From Malacoraja senta (Eukaryota): a stretch of 64,000 nucleotides of DNA. The notes beneath the pieces are model-generated. The model was given only the letters and a program-made list of their open reading frames with translations. It was not told the DNA's origin and ran no database searches. Each line of letters begins with the position of its first letter. The first letter of the stretch is position 1. Below, one piece after another: positions 37,101 to 50,764 of this stretch. The stretch covers positions 9,302,001 to 9,366,000 of the forward strand of contig CM075994.1 in the NCBI GenBank assembly GCA_038087875.1, given 5' to 3'. The position numbers and the translations under genes are program-made.

Positions 37101-40100
37101 TCTAAATTTATTTATAGATTCTTCTGTTCTTACTCTCCTGTATCTAATCTTATTAACATCCTTACACTTAACATAATCACAAACAAACATTACAAAAACC
37201 GGCAGATGGTCACTGATGTCATTTAGTAGTAACCCACTCTTTATGCTGTTGTCCATACTGTTTGTAAATATGTTGTCTATTAGAGTTGCACAGTGAGATG
37301 TTATTCTACTTGGTTTGGTGATAAGTGGAAAAAAACTCATACTGAACAATACATCGATAAATTCATCAGTCTGTTTGTGCTTGTTGGGATTTAAGAGATC
37401 TAAATTAAAATCGCCACAAATGAACACAACTCTGTGATCTTTCTTGGCAAACAATCTTTCCATACTATTCTTAAATATTTCAATATTGGAACCAGGTGCT
37501 CTGTATACACAACTTACAATTACATTATTATTTTTTTCCAGGTAGATTACTACAGTAATAATCTCCATCACATCATCAATATTAGTTGTCATATTTTCCA
37601 CTATTTTATAATTTAATCTTTTATCTACATACAAAGCCACCCCTCCTCCTTTTTTATTTTTCCTATTTATGTAATTCAGTTCATATCCATTTAACTCAAA
37701 ATCCACACCCTTTTCAGTACTAAGCCAGGTCTCAGATATGGCTATCACATTGAATGGTTTGTTTAGATGACTTAAGTAATCCTTGATGTTGTGAAAATTT
37801 GCATATAAACTTCTGCTATTGAAATGAATTATTGACATTCCATGATCTGATTTTATGTTCATGTTGAATTGATCTTCAGAGTAATAACAGCAGTTATTGT
37901 TTATATTGTTAAGAAAATTATTTTCAGGGTCAATATCTTGTTCAAAATCATGCATATTATGATCAGTGAATTTAAATGATTTAAAGTTCCAACCATCACA
38001 GTCATCATTGTCCCTTTCATTTCCAGCTGTTATCAAGTTTAAACAGTCAAACTCTTCACAAGAGTCCATGGTTATAATAGTTCAAGTCAATCCCACGGAT
38101 AGACACAGTCACTGTTCTGGAGTCACTGGTACTTGTCCAGCTCCTCGATGTATCTTATGGTCAGCACTTTAGCCTCCTCTGGTGACCCGTTTAGCTTTAT
38201 GAACACCTTACAGTTTGTTGTCCAGGTTGACTGGATTTTTTTCTGCTTCATTAGGATGCGTCCGCTTCTGGCGATATCTGCATTTTTTTTTGTAAGGTGC
38301 TCATTCACATAAACATCAGATCCCTTGAGCTTTTTCCCTTGTCAGAGCAATGCATTTTTGTGTTTTCTGTTCATAAAACGAATTATTATGGCTGGTTTGA
38401 CACTTTGGTTTTTTTGAGGTAAAGGATGACATGCTTCATTGTCTGTGTTGGATATGGATATGCCTTTGCTATGAAAGAAAGCAGTTACCTGTTGCTCCAC
38501 AGAGTCCATGTCTGGAGCGGTGGGCTCCCCATCGGCCATTGCTGTTACCGCCCTGGCGTTGGACCGGGGCCTGGTCTCCAGTCTGCTGACAATAATATCA
38601 TTCATGCGGGTGTACTGCTCCAGGTCTGTTACACGGCATTCTAGGCTGGCGATCCTCTTATCCTTCTCCTCATTTTATTATTTCAGTTCTTTAATTTCAC
38701 TCATCAAATTAATTATCATTTTCTGCTGCTTAGAGACAGTAGCAATCTCCTCAGACAGAAAATCAAGCGCCTTCTTTATATCCTCAATTTCCTCGTTCTT
38801 CTTTGGTGGCATTTTGACTGCTCAGCTCCGTCCGTCCGCAGCGACGACACAGCAACAACCCACTAAAGCACTAAACAAAACTCGGAGCTACAAGGACTTG
38901 TATCCAAGTCCTTGTCCTTGTCCTTGACAAAAACTAAACAAAACTAAACAAAACACTAAACAAAACACACTAAAACACTAAAAACAAAACTCGGAGCTAC
39001 AAGGACTTGCTGCCTCTCAGTTCGACGCAGGCGCAAATTCTTTGTAGGGTACGTCGAACAATCCATGTTCGAGACGTACCCGGGCCCCATCCCCGACCTC
39101 TGCCTCTGCTACATCGACGACTGCTACCTCCTGCACCCACACACAACTCACTGACTTCATCCATTTCACCACTAACTTCCATCCGGCACTCAAATACACC
39201 TGGACCATTTCCAACATCTCCATACCATTTCTAGACCTCACTATCTCCATCACAGGTGACAGACTTCTGACCGACATCTACTACAAACCCACTGACTCCC
39301 ATGGCTATCTGGACTACACTTCTTCCCCCCCTGCTTCCTGTAAGGACTCCATCCCCTACTCCCAATTCCTCCGTCTACGCCGCATCTACACCCAGGATGA
39401 TATGTTCCAAACCACAGCATCGGAGATGTCCTCATTCTTTAGGGAACGGGAGTTCCCCTCTTCTACTATAGATGAGGCTCTCACCAGGATCTCTTCTATA
39501 CCCCGTAACTTTGCTCTCACTCCCCATCCCCCCACTCGCAACAAGGGCAGAGTCCCCCTTGTCCTCACCTTCCACACTACGAGTCGTCACATACAACAAA
39601 TAATCCTCCGACATTTTCGCCACCTCCAACGGGATCTCTGAACTGGCCACATCTTCCCATCTCCTCCCGTTTTGGCTTTCCGCAGAGACTGCTCCCTCCG
39701 TAAATCCCTAGTCAATTCGTCCCTTCCCACCCAAACCAAAGCCTCTCCTGAACTTTCCCTTGCAACCGCAGTAAATACTACACTTGTCGCTTTACCTTCC
39801 CCCTTGACTCCATCCAAGGACCCAAGCAGTCTTTCCAGATGCGGCAGAGGTTCACCTGCACCTCCTCCAACCTCATCTATTACATCCGCTGCTCTAGGTG
39901 TCAGCTGCTCTACATCGGTGAGACCAAGCGCAGGCTTGGCGATCGCTTCGCCCAACACCTCCGCTCGGTTCGCAATAACCAACCTGATCTCCCGGTGGCT
40001 CAGCACTTCAACTCCCCCTCCCATTCTGAATCCGACCTTTCTGTCCTGGGCCTCCTCCATGGCCAGAGTGAGTCCCAGCGCAAATTGGAGGAGCAGCACC

Positions 40101-40393
40101 TCATATTTCGCTTGGGCAGTTTACACCCCAGCGGTATGAACATTGACCTCCAATTTCAGGTCGTCCCTGCTTTCTCATTCTTTCCCCTCCCCTTCCCAGC
40201 TCTCCCACAGCCCACTGTCTCCACCTCTTCCTTTCTTCTTCACCCCCCCCCCCCATTTCTACATCACTGAAGAAGGGTTTCGACCCGAAACATTGACTAT
40301 TTCCTTTGCTCCACGGATGCTGCCTCACCCGCTGAGTTTCTCCAGCATTTTTGTCTACCTTCGATTTTCCAGCATCTGCAGTTCCTTCTTAAG
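34193..40393 (+). mobile_element. Penelope-like element (A2) split by a LINE
   Basis: Duplicate of 22242-28438. Confidence 0.85.
34537..39038 (-). mobile_element. Full-length L2/Crack-like LINE, second copy
   Basis: Duplicate of 22586-27085. Confidence 0.88.
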
Positions 40394-41820
40394 CAGTATA
40401 ACACTCGGTGTTTTTACACTATAATATAAACACAGAGGAATGTTCAGACAACGGTCCTTTACCTCTGCTCTACAGATTGCAATGTACTTAAACAATAGAT
40501 CAACATGGTCAAAAAACAAGAGTGCTTGAATCTGCAAAAAATAGCATCCTGGGAAGAAGCTGTGAATCTTAGCAGGCCAGAGGCTGTTTATCTCTGAAAG
40601 AGAAAGTATTGCTGAATCACTGATTGTAAAATTAGCTGATTGAACCTTACCCCTTTGTGTGGGGATAGTATATTACATACTGTAAGTGTTCATGGCCACA
40701 CCCATCTGGTGAAATAAAGATTCTACTACTTGATTACTAATTTTATTGTGTTTTTATCTGTTTGAAATGAAATGAACCAACACATTTATGGGAAAATGCT
40801 GGATCTAATAATTATCGTTCCATTATCATCTCTTCCAGTAATTCAGGTTTTCTTGTAGTTATCAGAAATTTGATCTTTTTGTTGCCTCCTCCCCCTACCT
40901 CTGTAAGACCATCCCATAGTCAAAATCACGAGGGATTTTCAATAAACCTTATTCAATGTTCATTTTCACAATTGGCCATTTCGTTTCTTAATGTGTGCAA
41001 TGTCTGAACAAACTACCTGCCTCTTAATTACTTTTTAATATGTGAATAAAAGTTAATGAGTGAATGCAAGCACCCAAGGACAGATCGGGGAAACTTCCCA
41101 CATGTTCGCTCCCAGAGTGCGCGCATTTTTCATTGCAATCTCATTCAAAAAAGTCTGCACAATGAATTAAATTAATTGCATGGTCCAAACTTTGGAGAAA
41201 TTACTTCCTCGGAGATAACGCGGTAAGTACACTGAGCTAGGAACGCTGTTGCTATGGTGCAAGCTGACTCGAATCGCTTAATCACGGCTGCAGACTAATT
41301 GGGCTCCCCATTAATGTGCCTTAATATAATAACATTAATGTGCGGTACTGGCATGACTAACTAGGCGCTGCGTACTCTGTACTTGCAGGTAAAGATACTG
41401 GAGCATGACGGTAATCGCGAAGCCGGTTCTCAAGATGGCGCTAAAAATCACCCATCACCTACTATGGCTTTTTCGCCGAGTGGACCATCTTGCTCTTGCT
41501 CTAGTATCTTTGCTGACAACCCACCCAGCCTTGTTTGAAATGTCTGCAGTTCAATACAGTGCCCTCATAATGTTTGGGACATTATTTATTTCTTTGCTTC
41601 TGTACTCCACAATTTGAGATTTGTAATAGAAAAATTCTCATGTGGTTAAAGATCACATTGTCAGATTTTAATAAAAGCCATTTTTCTACATTTTGGTTTC
41701 ACCATGTTGTTCTTGGAGATAAAAATATAATATAAATATATGGTTCTACCATGAGAGCATGAGCTTCACCTTCGGGGAGAGAAAAGAGCGAGAGAGAGAG
41801 AGCGAGAGAGAGAGACAGAG

Positions 41821-41871
<51 letters not shown>

Positions 41872-41909
41872 CTCGAATACTCACAGGGGCGTAAGAGTTA
41901 TTTTGTATT

Positions 41910-43583
41910 ACCCCCTGGTTAAATCCCTCCCAACCTATGTTCAAGAAACCTCACATGCTCTTCGTCTCCTCCATGATTTCCGTTTTCTTGTTCCCCATTC
42001 CCTCATCTTCACCATGGATGTCCGGTCACTCTACACCTCCAACCCCCACCAGGAGGGTCTTAAAGCCCTCCGCTTCTTCTGCGACCGCAGAACCAACCAA
42101 TCCCCATCTACTGATATTCTCCTCCGCCTAGCGGAGCTGGTCCTTACCCTTAACAACTTTTCGTTTGACTCCTCCCATTTCCTCCAAATACATGGCGTAG
42201 CTATGGGCGCGCGCATGCGCCCCAGCTATGCCTGCCTCTTTGTAGGGTACGTCGAACAATCCATGTTCGAGACGTACCCGGGCCCCATCCCCGACCTCTA
42301 CACCGACGACTGCTACCTCCTGCACCCACACACAACTCACTGACTTCATCCATTTCACCACTAACTTCCATCCACCATTCAAATGCACCTGGACCATTTC
42401 CAACATCTCCCTACCATATCTAGACCTCACTATCTCCATCACAGGTGACAGACTTCTGACCGACATCTACTACAAACCCTCTGACTCCCATGGCTATCTG
42501 GACTACACTTCTTTCCCCCCTGCTTCCTGTAAGGACTCCATCCCCTACTCCCAATTCCTCCGTCTACGCCGCATCTACACCCAGGATGAGATGTTCCAAA
42601 CCACAGCATCGGAGATGTCCTCATTCTTTAGGGAACGGGAGTTCCCCTCTTCTACTATAGATGAGGCTCTCACCAGGATCTCTTCTATACCCCGTAACTC
42701 TGCTCTCACTCCCCATTCCCCCCACTCGCAACAAGGGCAGAGTCCCCCTTGTCCTCCCCTTCCATCCTACGAGTCGTCACATACAACAAATAATCCTCCG
42801 ACATTTTCGCCACCTCCAACGGGATCTCTGAACTGGCCACATCTTCCCATCTCCTCCCCTTTCGGCTTTCCGCAGAGACTGCTCCCTCCGTACATCCCTA
42901 GTCAATTCGTCCCTTCCCACCCAAACCAAAGCCTCTCCTGAACTTTCCCTTGCAACCGCAGTAAATGCTACACTTGTCGCTTTACCTTCCCCCTTGACTC
43001 CATCCAAGGACCCAAGCAGTCTTTCCAGGTGCGGCAGAGGTTCACCTGCACCTCCTCCAACCTCTTCTATTGCATCCGCTGCTCTAGGTGTCAGCTGCTC
43101 TACATCGGTGAGACCAAGCGCAGGCTTGGCGATTGCTTCGCCCAACACCTCCGCTCGGTTCGCAATAACCAACCTGATCTCCCGGTGGCTCAGCACTTCA
43201 ACTTCCCCTCCCATTCAGAATCCGACTTTTCTGTCCTGGGCCTCCTCCATGGCCAGAGTGAGTCCCAGTGCAAATTGGAGGAGCAGCACCTCATATTTCG
43301 CTTAGGTGGTTTACACCCCAGCGGTATGAACATTGACTTCTCCAATTTCAGGTAGTCCCTGCTTTCTCCCTCCTTCCCCTCCCCTTCCCAGCTCTCCCAC
43401 AGCCCACCGTCTCCGCCTCTTCCTTTCTTCTTCACCCCCCCCACCCCCACATCAGTCTGAAGAAGGGTCTCGACCCGAAACGTTGCCTATTTCCTTCGCA
43501 CCATAGATGCTGCCTCACCCGCTGAGTTTCTCCAGCATTTTTGTCTACCTTCGATTTTCCAGCATCTGCAGTTCCTTCTTAAG
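41910..43583 (+). mobile_element. Penelope-like element (unit B2)
   Basis: RT plus GIY-YIG remnants and tail. Confidence 0.85.
43457..43484 (+). ncRNA. Minimal hammerhead-ribozyme-like motif in the Penelope 3' tail (representative copy)
   Basis: CTGAAGA-A-GGGT(CTCG)ACCC-GAAA-CG-TT; further copies at 1817, 4963, 19553, 28312, 31504 and 40267 (+), and 54107, 56420 and 62916 (-). Confidence 0.5.
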
Positions 43584-44345
43584 CAGTATAACACTCGGTG
43601 TTTTTACACTATAATATAAACACAGAGGAATGTTCAGACAACCGTCCTTTACCTCTGCTCTACAGATTGCAATGTACTTAAACAATAGATCAACAAGGTA
43701 AAAAAACAAGAGTGCTTGAATCGGCAAAAAATAGCCTCCTGGGAAGAAGCTGTGAATCTTAGCAGGCCAGAGGCTGTTTATCTCTGAAAGATAAAGTATT
43801 GCTGAATCACTGATTGTAAAATTAGCTGATTGAACCTTACCCCTTTGTGTGGGGATAGTATATTACATACTGTAAGAGTTCATGGCCACATCCACCTGGT
43901 GAAATAAAGATTCTACTACTTGATTACTCATTTTATTGTGTTTTTATCTGTTTGAAGTGAAATGAACCAACACATTTATGGGAAAATGCTGGATCTAATA
44001 ATTATCGTTCCATTATCATCTCTTCCAGTAATTCAGGTTTTCTTGTAGTTATCAGAAATTTGATCTTTTTGTTGCCTCCTCCCCCTACCTCTGTAAGACC
44101 ATCCCATAGTCAAAATCACGAGGGATTTTCAATAAACCTTATTCAATGTTCATTTTCACAATTGGCCATTTCGTTTCTTAATGTGTGCAATGTCTGAACA
44201 AACTACCTGCCTCTTAATTACTTTTTAATACGTGAATAAAAGTTAATGAGTGAATGCAAGCACCCAAGGACAGATCGGGGAAACTTCCCACATTTTCGCT
44301 CCCAGAGTGCGTGCATTTTTTCACTGCAATCCCATTCAATCCCTT

Positions 44346-45100
44346 CTGAATGGTGGCCGATTAGGAAAAGGGGAGATGCAACGAGACCTGGGTGTCATGG
44401 TACACCAATCATTGAAAGTAGGAATGCAGGTGCAGCAGGCAGTGAAGAAAGCAAATGGTATGTTGGCATTCATAGCAAAAGGATTTGAGTATAGGAGCAG
44501 GGAGGTTCTGCTGCAGTTGTACAGGGTCTTGGTGAGACCACACCTGGAGTATTGCGTACAGTTTTGGTCTCCTAATCTGAGGAAAGACATTCTTGTCATA
44601 GAGGGAGTACAGAGAAGGTTCACCAGACTGATTCCTGGGATGGCAGGACTTTCATATGAGGAAAGACTGGATAGACTCGGCTTGTACACGTTGGAATTCA
44701 GAAGACTGAGGGGGGATCTTATAGAAACTTTCAAAATTCTTAAGGGGTTGGACAGGCTAGATGCAGGAAGATTATTCCCGATGTTGGGGAAGTCCAGAAC
44801 TAGGGGTCACAGTTTAAGGATAAGAGGGAAGACTTTTAGGACCGAGATGAGGAAATCATTTTTTACACAGAGAGTGGTGAATCTGTGGAATTCTCTGCCA
44901 CAGAAGGTAGTTGAGGCCAGTTCATCGGCTATATTTAAGAAGGAGTTAGATGTGGCCCTTGTGGCTAAAGGGATCAGGGGGTATGGAGAGAAGGCAGGTA
45001 CAGGATACTGAGTTGGATGATCAGCCATGCTCATATTGAATGGCGGTGCAGGCTCGAAGGGCCGAATGGCCTACTCCTGCACATATTTTCTATGTTTCTG
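44346..45100 (+). mobile_element. CR1 3' fragment (unit A3)
   Basis: 253-aa CR1 ORF2 C-terminus at the same insertion site as in A1 and A2. Confidence 0.9.
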
Positions 45101-47203
45101 TGTTCCTCAAGTTGCGCCGGGCCTCACTCTGACAGTGGACGTTGTCCCGGGCCTCCTCCATTGTCAGAGTGAGACCCAGCGCAAATTGTAGATACTCCAG
45201 GATTTTGTGCCTTATTAAAATGGATCTGGTTTTCCCGATCTTGTTTGTAAGTGATTCCTCTCGATAAGGCACAATTATACACCCAGTGTGTGGGCAATTC
45301 AGGATGGATAATTAATGTGTGACTAAGTTAAAACAGGTAATTTAATAAGTCGTCAAGTCAAGTCAAGTCAAGAGAGTTTATTGTTTCTATGTTTCTATGT
45401 TTCAAAAAAGTTTTCACAATGAATTAAATTAATTGCATGGTCCAAACTTGGGAGAAATTACTTCCTCGGAGATAACGCGGTAAGTACACTGAGCTAGGAA
45501 CGCTGTTGCTATAGTGCAAGCTGACTCGAATAGCTTAATCACGGCTGCAGTCTAATGGGGCTCCCCATTAATGTGCCTTAATATAATAACATTAATGTGC
45601 GGTACTGGCATGACTAACGTGGTGCTGCGTACTCTGTACTTGCAGGTAAAGATACTGGAGCATGACGGTAATCGCGAAGCCGGTTCCCAAGATGGCGCTA
45701 AAAATCACCCATCACCTACTATGGCTTTTTCGCCGAGTGGACTATCTTGCTCTTGCTCTAGTATCTTTCCTGACAACCCACCCAGCCTAGTTTGAAATGT
45801 CTGCAGCTAAATACAGTGCCCTCATAATGTTTATGAGGGCGACATTATTTATTTCTTTGCTTCTGCACTCCACAATTTGAGCTTTGTAAAAGAAAAAAAG
45901 AAAAATCTCATGTGGTTAAAGATCACATTGTCAGATTTTAATAAAGGCCATTTTTATACATTTTGGTTTCACCATGTTCTTGGAGATAATATAAATACGT
46001 GGTTCTACCATGAGAGCATGAGCTTCACCTTCGGGGAGAGAAAAGTGTGACAGAGAAAGACAGAGGGGGTGAGAGAGAGTGAGAGAACGAGAGAGCGAGA
46101 GAGCGAGAGAGAGGAAAAGCTTGGACCATGGTGTGCAGACAGGAGACTCGAATACGCAGAGGGGCGGAAGAGTTATTTTGTATTGTTTCTTTATTGATAG
46201 TTTTCTGTGTTTTACTTGTGTTTGCTTTAATAAATAATTATTTGTGGTCTTCAAGAGATTTGGCTCTTCGGGCTAACGGAATCAAGGGATTAGGGGGAAA
46301 TGCAGGAACGGCTTTTTCGCCGAGTGGACCATCTTGCTCTTGTTCTAGTATCTTTGCTGACAACCCACCCAGCCTAGTTTGAAATGTCCGCAGCTAAATA
46401 CAGTGCCCTAAAAATGTTTAGGATATCATTTATTTCTTTGCTTCTGCACTCCACAATTTGAGATCTGTAATGAAAAAAATCTCATGTGATTAAAGATCAC
46501 ATTGTCAGATTTTAATAAAGGCCATTTTTATACATTTTGGTTTCACCATGTTGTTCTTGGAGATAAAAAATATATGAGAGAGAGAGAGAGAGAGTATTAT
46601 TTCTTTCTTGATAGTTTTCTGTGTTTTATTTGTCATTGCTTTAATAAATAACTGGACTAAGTGGGACCCGCTGGGTCCCATGTTCACACAGGAGGGCGGG
46701 TCCCCCAACGCAATATTACACCTCTCCACCAATTCCGATATTGGTGGCCAGTGGTGGGCTTTCAGGAGCGCTATTATGGGTGTTGCGGGCCGAAGGGATT
46801 GGTTTCCAGAGGGCTAGTATGGACATTGTGGGCCGAATGGATTCGTGGGCTGGCAGCTCAGTCCCTCAGGCCTGCTGGGCTGGCAGCTCAGTCACTCAGG
46901 CCTGATAGGCTGGCAGCTCAGTTATCAGGCCTGGTGGGCTGGCAGCTCAGTCACTCATGGCTGGTGGGCTGGAAGCTCAGTCACTCATGGCTGGTGGGTT
47001 GGCAGCTCAGTCACTCAGGGTAGGCTGTGGGCCGAGCATCAAAAATGTGTCTAGAAATCGGTTTTTGTGACCCACGTCACAGAACTACATGAAGTTTTCC
47101 ACAGATTTTGATGAAATATAATTGAGAAGGATGTCATAACTCGTCAGTGCCAAAAGTTGCACATTAATAAATTAATAATTAGAAAATGAGATCGGGAAAG
47201 TAC

Positions 47204-47220
47204 ACGCCATCTAGTGGCCA
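47204..47220 (-). promoter_or_regulatory. CTCF-binding motif
   Basis: Minus strand TGGCCACTAGATGGCGT matches the CTCF core CCASYAGRKGGCR. Confidence 0.5.
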
Positions 47221-47376
47221 ATGCCCATATTACACCATGGGCAGCCTATTTCCGTGTTGCAGTCCAATTAAACTATATATTATTATACCTATATATATAT
47301 ATATATATATGACTTGTAAATATGACTGTAATCATATGTAATTAAGTATAATTATATTATATAAAAATAATATGAT

Positions 47377-48446
47377 CAAGTCAAGTCAAGTCACAGTTAT
47401 TTATATAGCACATTTAAAAAACAACTCTCGTTGGCCAAAGTGCTTTACATTTGTTATAATAGCACAAACAAAACAAACTACATACATATATACATGTAGC
47501 CCTCATTCAGAGGACGTCAGGAAAGGCTTGGGAGTATAGATAAGTCTTTAGTCTTGACTTTAAAAAGTCGATGGAGGGGGCAGTTCTGATGGGAAGGGGG
47601 ATACTGTTCCACAGTCTAGGAGCTGCAAACGCAAAGGCGCGGTCGCCCCTGAGCTTATGCCTAGACCGTGGGATATTCAGCAACCCCACGTCGGCCGATC
47701 TGAGGGGCCTGGAGGTGGAGTGGTGGGTGAGAAGACTTTTTATGTAGGTGGGGGCAAGCCCGTTGAGGGCTTTGTAGACATGGAGGAGGATCTTGAAGTT
47801 TATACGGAACCGCACAGGGAGCCAGTGGAGAGAGGCCAGGATCGGGGTGATGTGGTCCCTTTTTCGGGTGCCCGTCAGGAGTCTCGCTGCGGCGTTTTGG
47901 ACCAGTTGCAGGCGGGACAGGGAAGATTGGCTGGTGCCAGTGTAAAGGGAGTTGCAGTAATCTAGGCGGGAGGAGATAAATGTGTGGATGATCTTTTCGA
48001 GGTCATCAAACTGGAGGAATTGTTTTATTTTAGCTATCGTCCGAAGCTGAAAGAAGCTAGCTTTTACCACGGCATTGACTTGTTTGTCAAATTTCAGTGC
48101 AGAGTCAAATATCACGCCAAGGTTTTTGACGTGAGGTTTGAGTAGTGGGGTAAGGCTTCCAAGGCTGCCTGCTATCATTTTGATTGAGTCCGAGGGGCCG
48201 AGAAGGATGACCTCAGACTTACTCTCGTTTAGTTGGAGGAAGTTCTGGGCCATCCAATACTTTATATCCTCGAGGCAGTGGGTAAGGTTAAGCAGATTTG
48301 ATTGTTTTTTGGGCTTCAGGGGGAGATAGAGTTGTGTATCGTCTGCGTAGCAATGGAAGGAAATGCCGTGCCTTTCAATGACTTGGCCTAAGGGGAGCAT
48401 ATACAGGGAGAAGAGAATGGGGCCAAGGATGGAACCTTGTGGAATT
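47377..48446 (-). mobile_element. L2 LINE 3' fragment
   Basis: 297-aa ORF with YADDTQLY, SRLDYCNS, LHWLPV and GDRAF; (CTTGA)n tail. Confidence 0.9.
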
Positions 48447-49254
48447 ATATGATGAATATAATTGTGAATGTTTTTTTAATGACACTGTCGCAGAAGTCCT
48501 GCTCCTGAACCAGCCTAATTAACAGTTCTTGTGGGTTCCTCCCTTTACTGAACCCCACTGACTGCCAGTGTGCAGAGTGGGGGTCACGGCCATAGTGGGA
48601 CTGGGGTAGTTCCAGGCTGGGGGACAGTCCTGCAAGGCATCATCCAGTTGCTTTAATAGGAAATGTAATGAGACTGCAGCAGAGGTCCCAGGTTTTAAGG
48701 ATTCATGAACCTGCCTAATTAAAGGGTCAGGACAGATCCTCTGGGTTCCTCTGTTTACTGAACCCCACTGACTGCCATAGTGGGGAGAATGGGAGGAACA
48801 GCCATAGTGGGACTGGGGCAGTGCCAGGCTGGGTGGCAGACCTGTAAGAGACCTGTCTTATTTCTGATGTAAATGTCACATCCTGACCAAGAATCGAATG
48901 CTCTGATGTTTACTCGATGAATATTCATTTTAAGCTACAATTAGCCTATAGAGTTTGGAGACTTTGCAAATGAGGGCTATTACCTTTAACCTAAAATAAC
49001 CCTAAAAGTGTTGCATTGTTTGAGTATCTGTAGTTTGTGTGTGTGTCTGTGTACACATGTCAAACATGTATCTGTGGATGTGTGGATGTAAGTGTATATG
49101 TATGTGTGGATGGATGTATGTGTGGATGTATGTGTGTGGATGTATGTGTGTGCATGGATGTGTACATGTATGTCTGCGTGCGGATGGATGTGTGTGTGTG
49201 TGTGCGGATGTATGTGTGTGTGTGTGAATTACTTATGATAATGGCGTGCTGGTC

Positions 49255-50225
49255 TCTTCAGGCTCACCAGCGTCTCTTCTTCCTGAGGAGACTAAAGAAG
49301 GTCCATCTGTCTCCTCAGATTCTGGTAAACTTCTACCGCTGCACCATCGAGAGCATCCTTACCAACTGTATCACAGTTTGCCTAGCCCCAGTTCGCCTAG
49401 ACACTGCAGTTGGACTGCGGGTTGGACTGCTTGAACCGTGGGGTTTGAAGGGCGCGGAGCCGGGGCCTAGCATCGCCCGGCGTGGCTGAATGGCCACGGG
49501 ACTTGCCATCGTCCGCCGGGGGCTTTAACACCGGAGCCCCACTTCGCCTAGACGCTGCAGTTGGACTGCTGGACCGCGGGTGATGAATAAAGGGAAGAGA
49601 TAAGGCTTTGCCTTCCATCACAGTGAGGAGGTGTTGGAGACTCACTGTGATGGATGTTTATGTAAACTGTGTTAAGTGTGGGTCTTGTTTTTTTTTGTAA
49701 TGTTAAAAAAAAACCTGTAGGAATGAAATTTCGTTCAAGCCTAGGCTTGAACGACAATAAACAGCATTCAATTCAATGGTATGGCAACTGCTCTGTCTCC
49801 GACCGGAAAGCACTGCAGAGGGTGGTGAAAATTGCCCAACGCATCACCGGTTCCTCACTCCCCTCCATTGAGTCTGTCCAAAGCAAGCGTTGTCTGCGAT
49901 GGGCGCTCAGCATCGCCAAGGACTGCTCTCACCCCAACCACAGACTGTTTACCCTCCTACCATCCGGGAGGCGCTACAGGTCTCTCCGTTGCCGGACCAG
50001 CAGGTTCAGGAACAGCTTCTTCCCTGCGGCTGTTACACTACTCAACACTGTACCTCGGTGACTGTCAATCACCCCCCCACCCCCCCACCTCCCACCAGCA
50101 TTTATTAGATTTATTTATTGCTCATATTTATGTCGCTCTTCTGGGAAGATGCTAACTGCATTTCGTTGTCTCTGTACTGTACACTGCACAATGACAATAA
50201 AGTGGAATCTGAATCTGAATCTGAA
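49255..50225 (+). mobile_element. Rex1/Babar-like LINE 3' fragment, interrupted at 49379-49775 by another retro-tail
   Basis: QRLFFLRRLKK..FYRCTIESILTNCITV|WYGNCS..LQRVVK..LPSGRRYRS; (GAATCT)n tail. Confidence 0.8.
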
Positions 50226-50764
50226 TCCGGTGTGTGCATGCATGGGAAGTGTGCGTACGGATGGATGTATGTGTGGATGTGTGTGTGCGGATGTATGTGT
50301 GCATGTATGTGTGTGTGTGTGTGTGTGCATGCATGGAAGTGTGCGTACGGATGGATGTATGTGTGGATGTGTGTGTGCGGATGTATGTGTGCATGTATGT
50401 GTGTGTGTGTGTGTGTGCATGCATGGAAGTGTGCGTACGGATGGATGTATGTGTGTATGTGTGTATGTATGTATGTGTGGATGGGTTGGTGGACTGTTGC
50501 ACTGTCATTCACCAGCACGCCATTATCATAATTAATTCACTCATTGTTTAAATAATTTGACCAAATAAACAGTGAAACGATCGACATTAAAATAAAACTT
50601 TATATAATCATTTATTTTCCAATTTATTTGTTTACATTACATCTGATCTTCATCTGAATATTCTTTATCAGATTCCAAGTCTTTTGATAAGTTTTGATAA
50701 GTCCATTGATAAGTTAGTTCAAGTTCAAGTGGAGAATCAGGCAGAGCCTACAAAAAAAAATCTC

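Larger units (their letters stand above)
19460..43410 (+). repeat. Recent tandem segmental duplication, 2 x ~11.95 kb
   Basis: The ORF track repeats at a constant offset of 11951-11955 bp with few substitutions. Confidence 0.92.

Noticed and set aside
49037..50551. Cys/Val- and His/Thr-rich ORFs
   Set aside because: Derived from (GT)-rich microsatellites.
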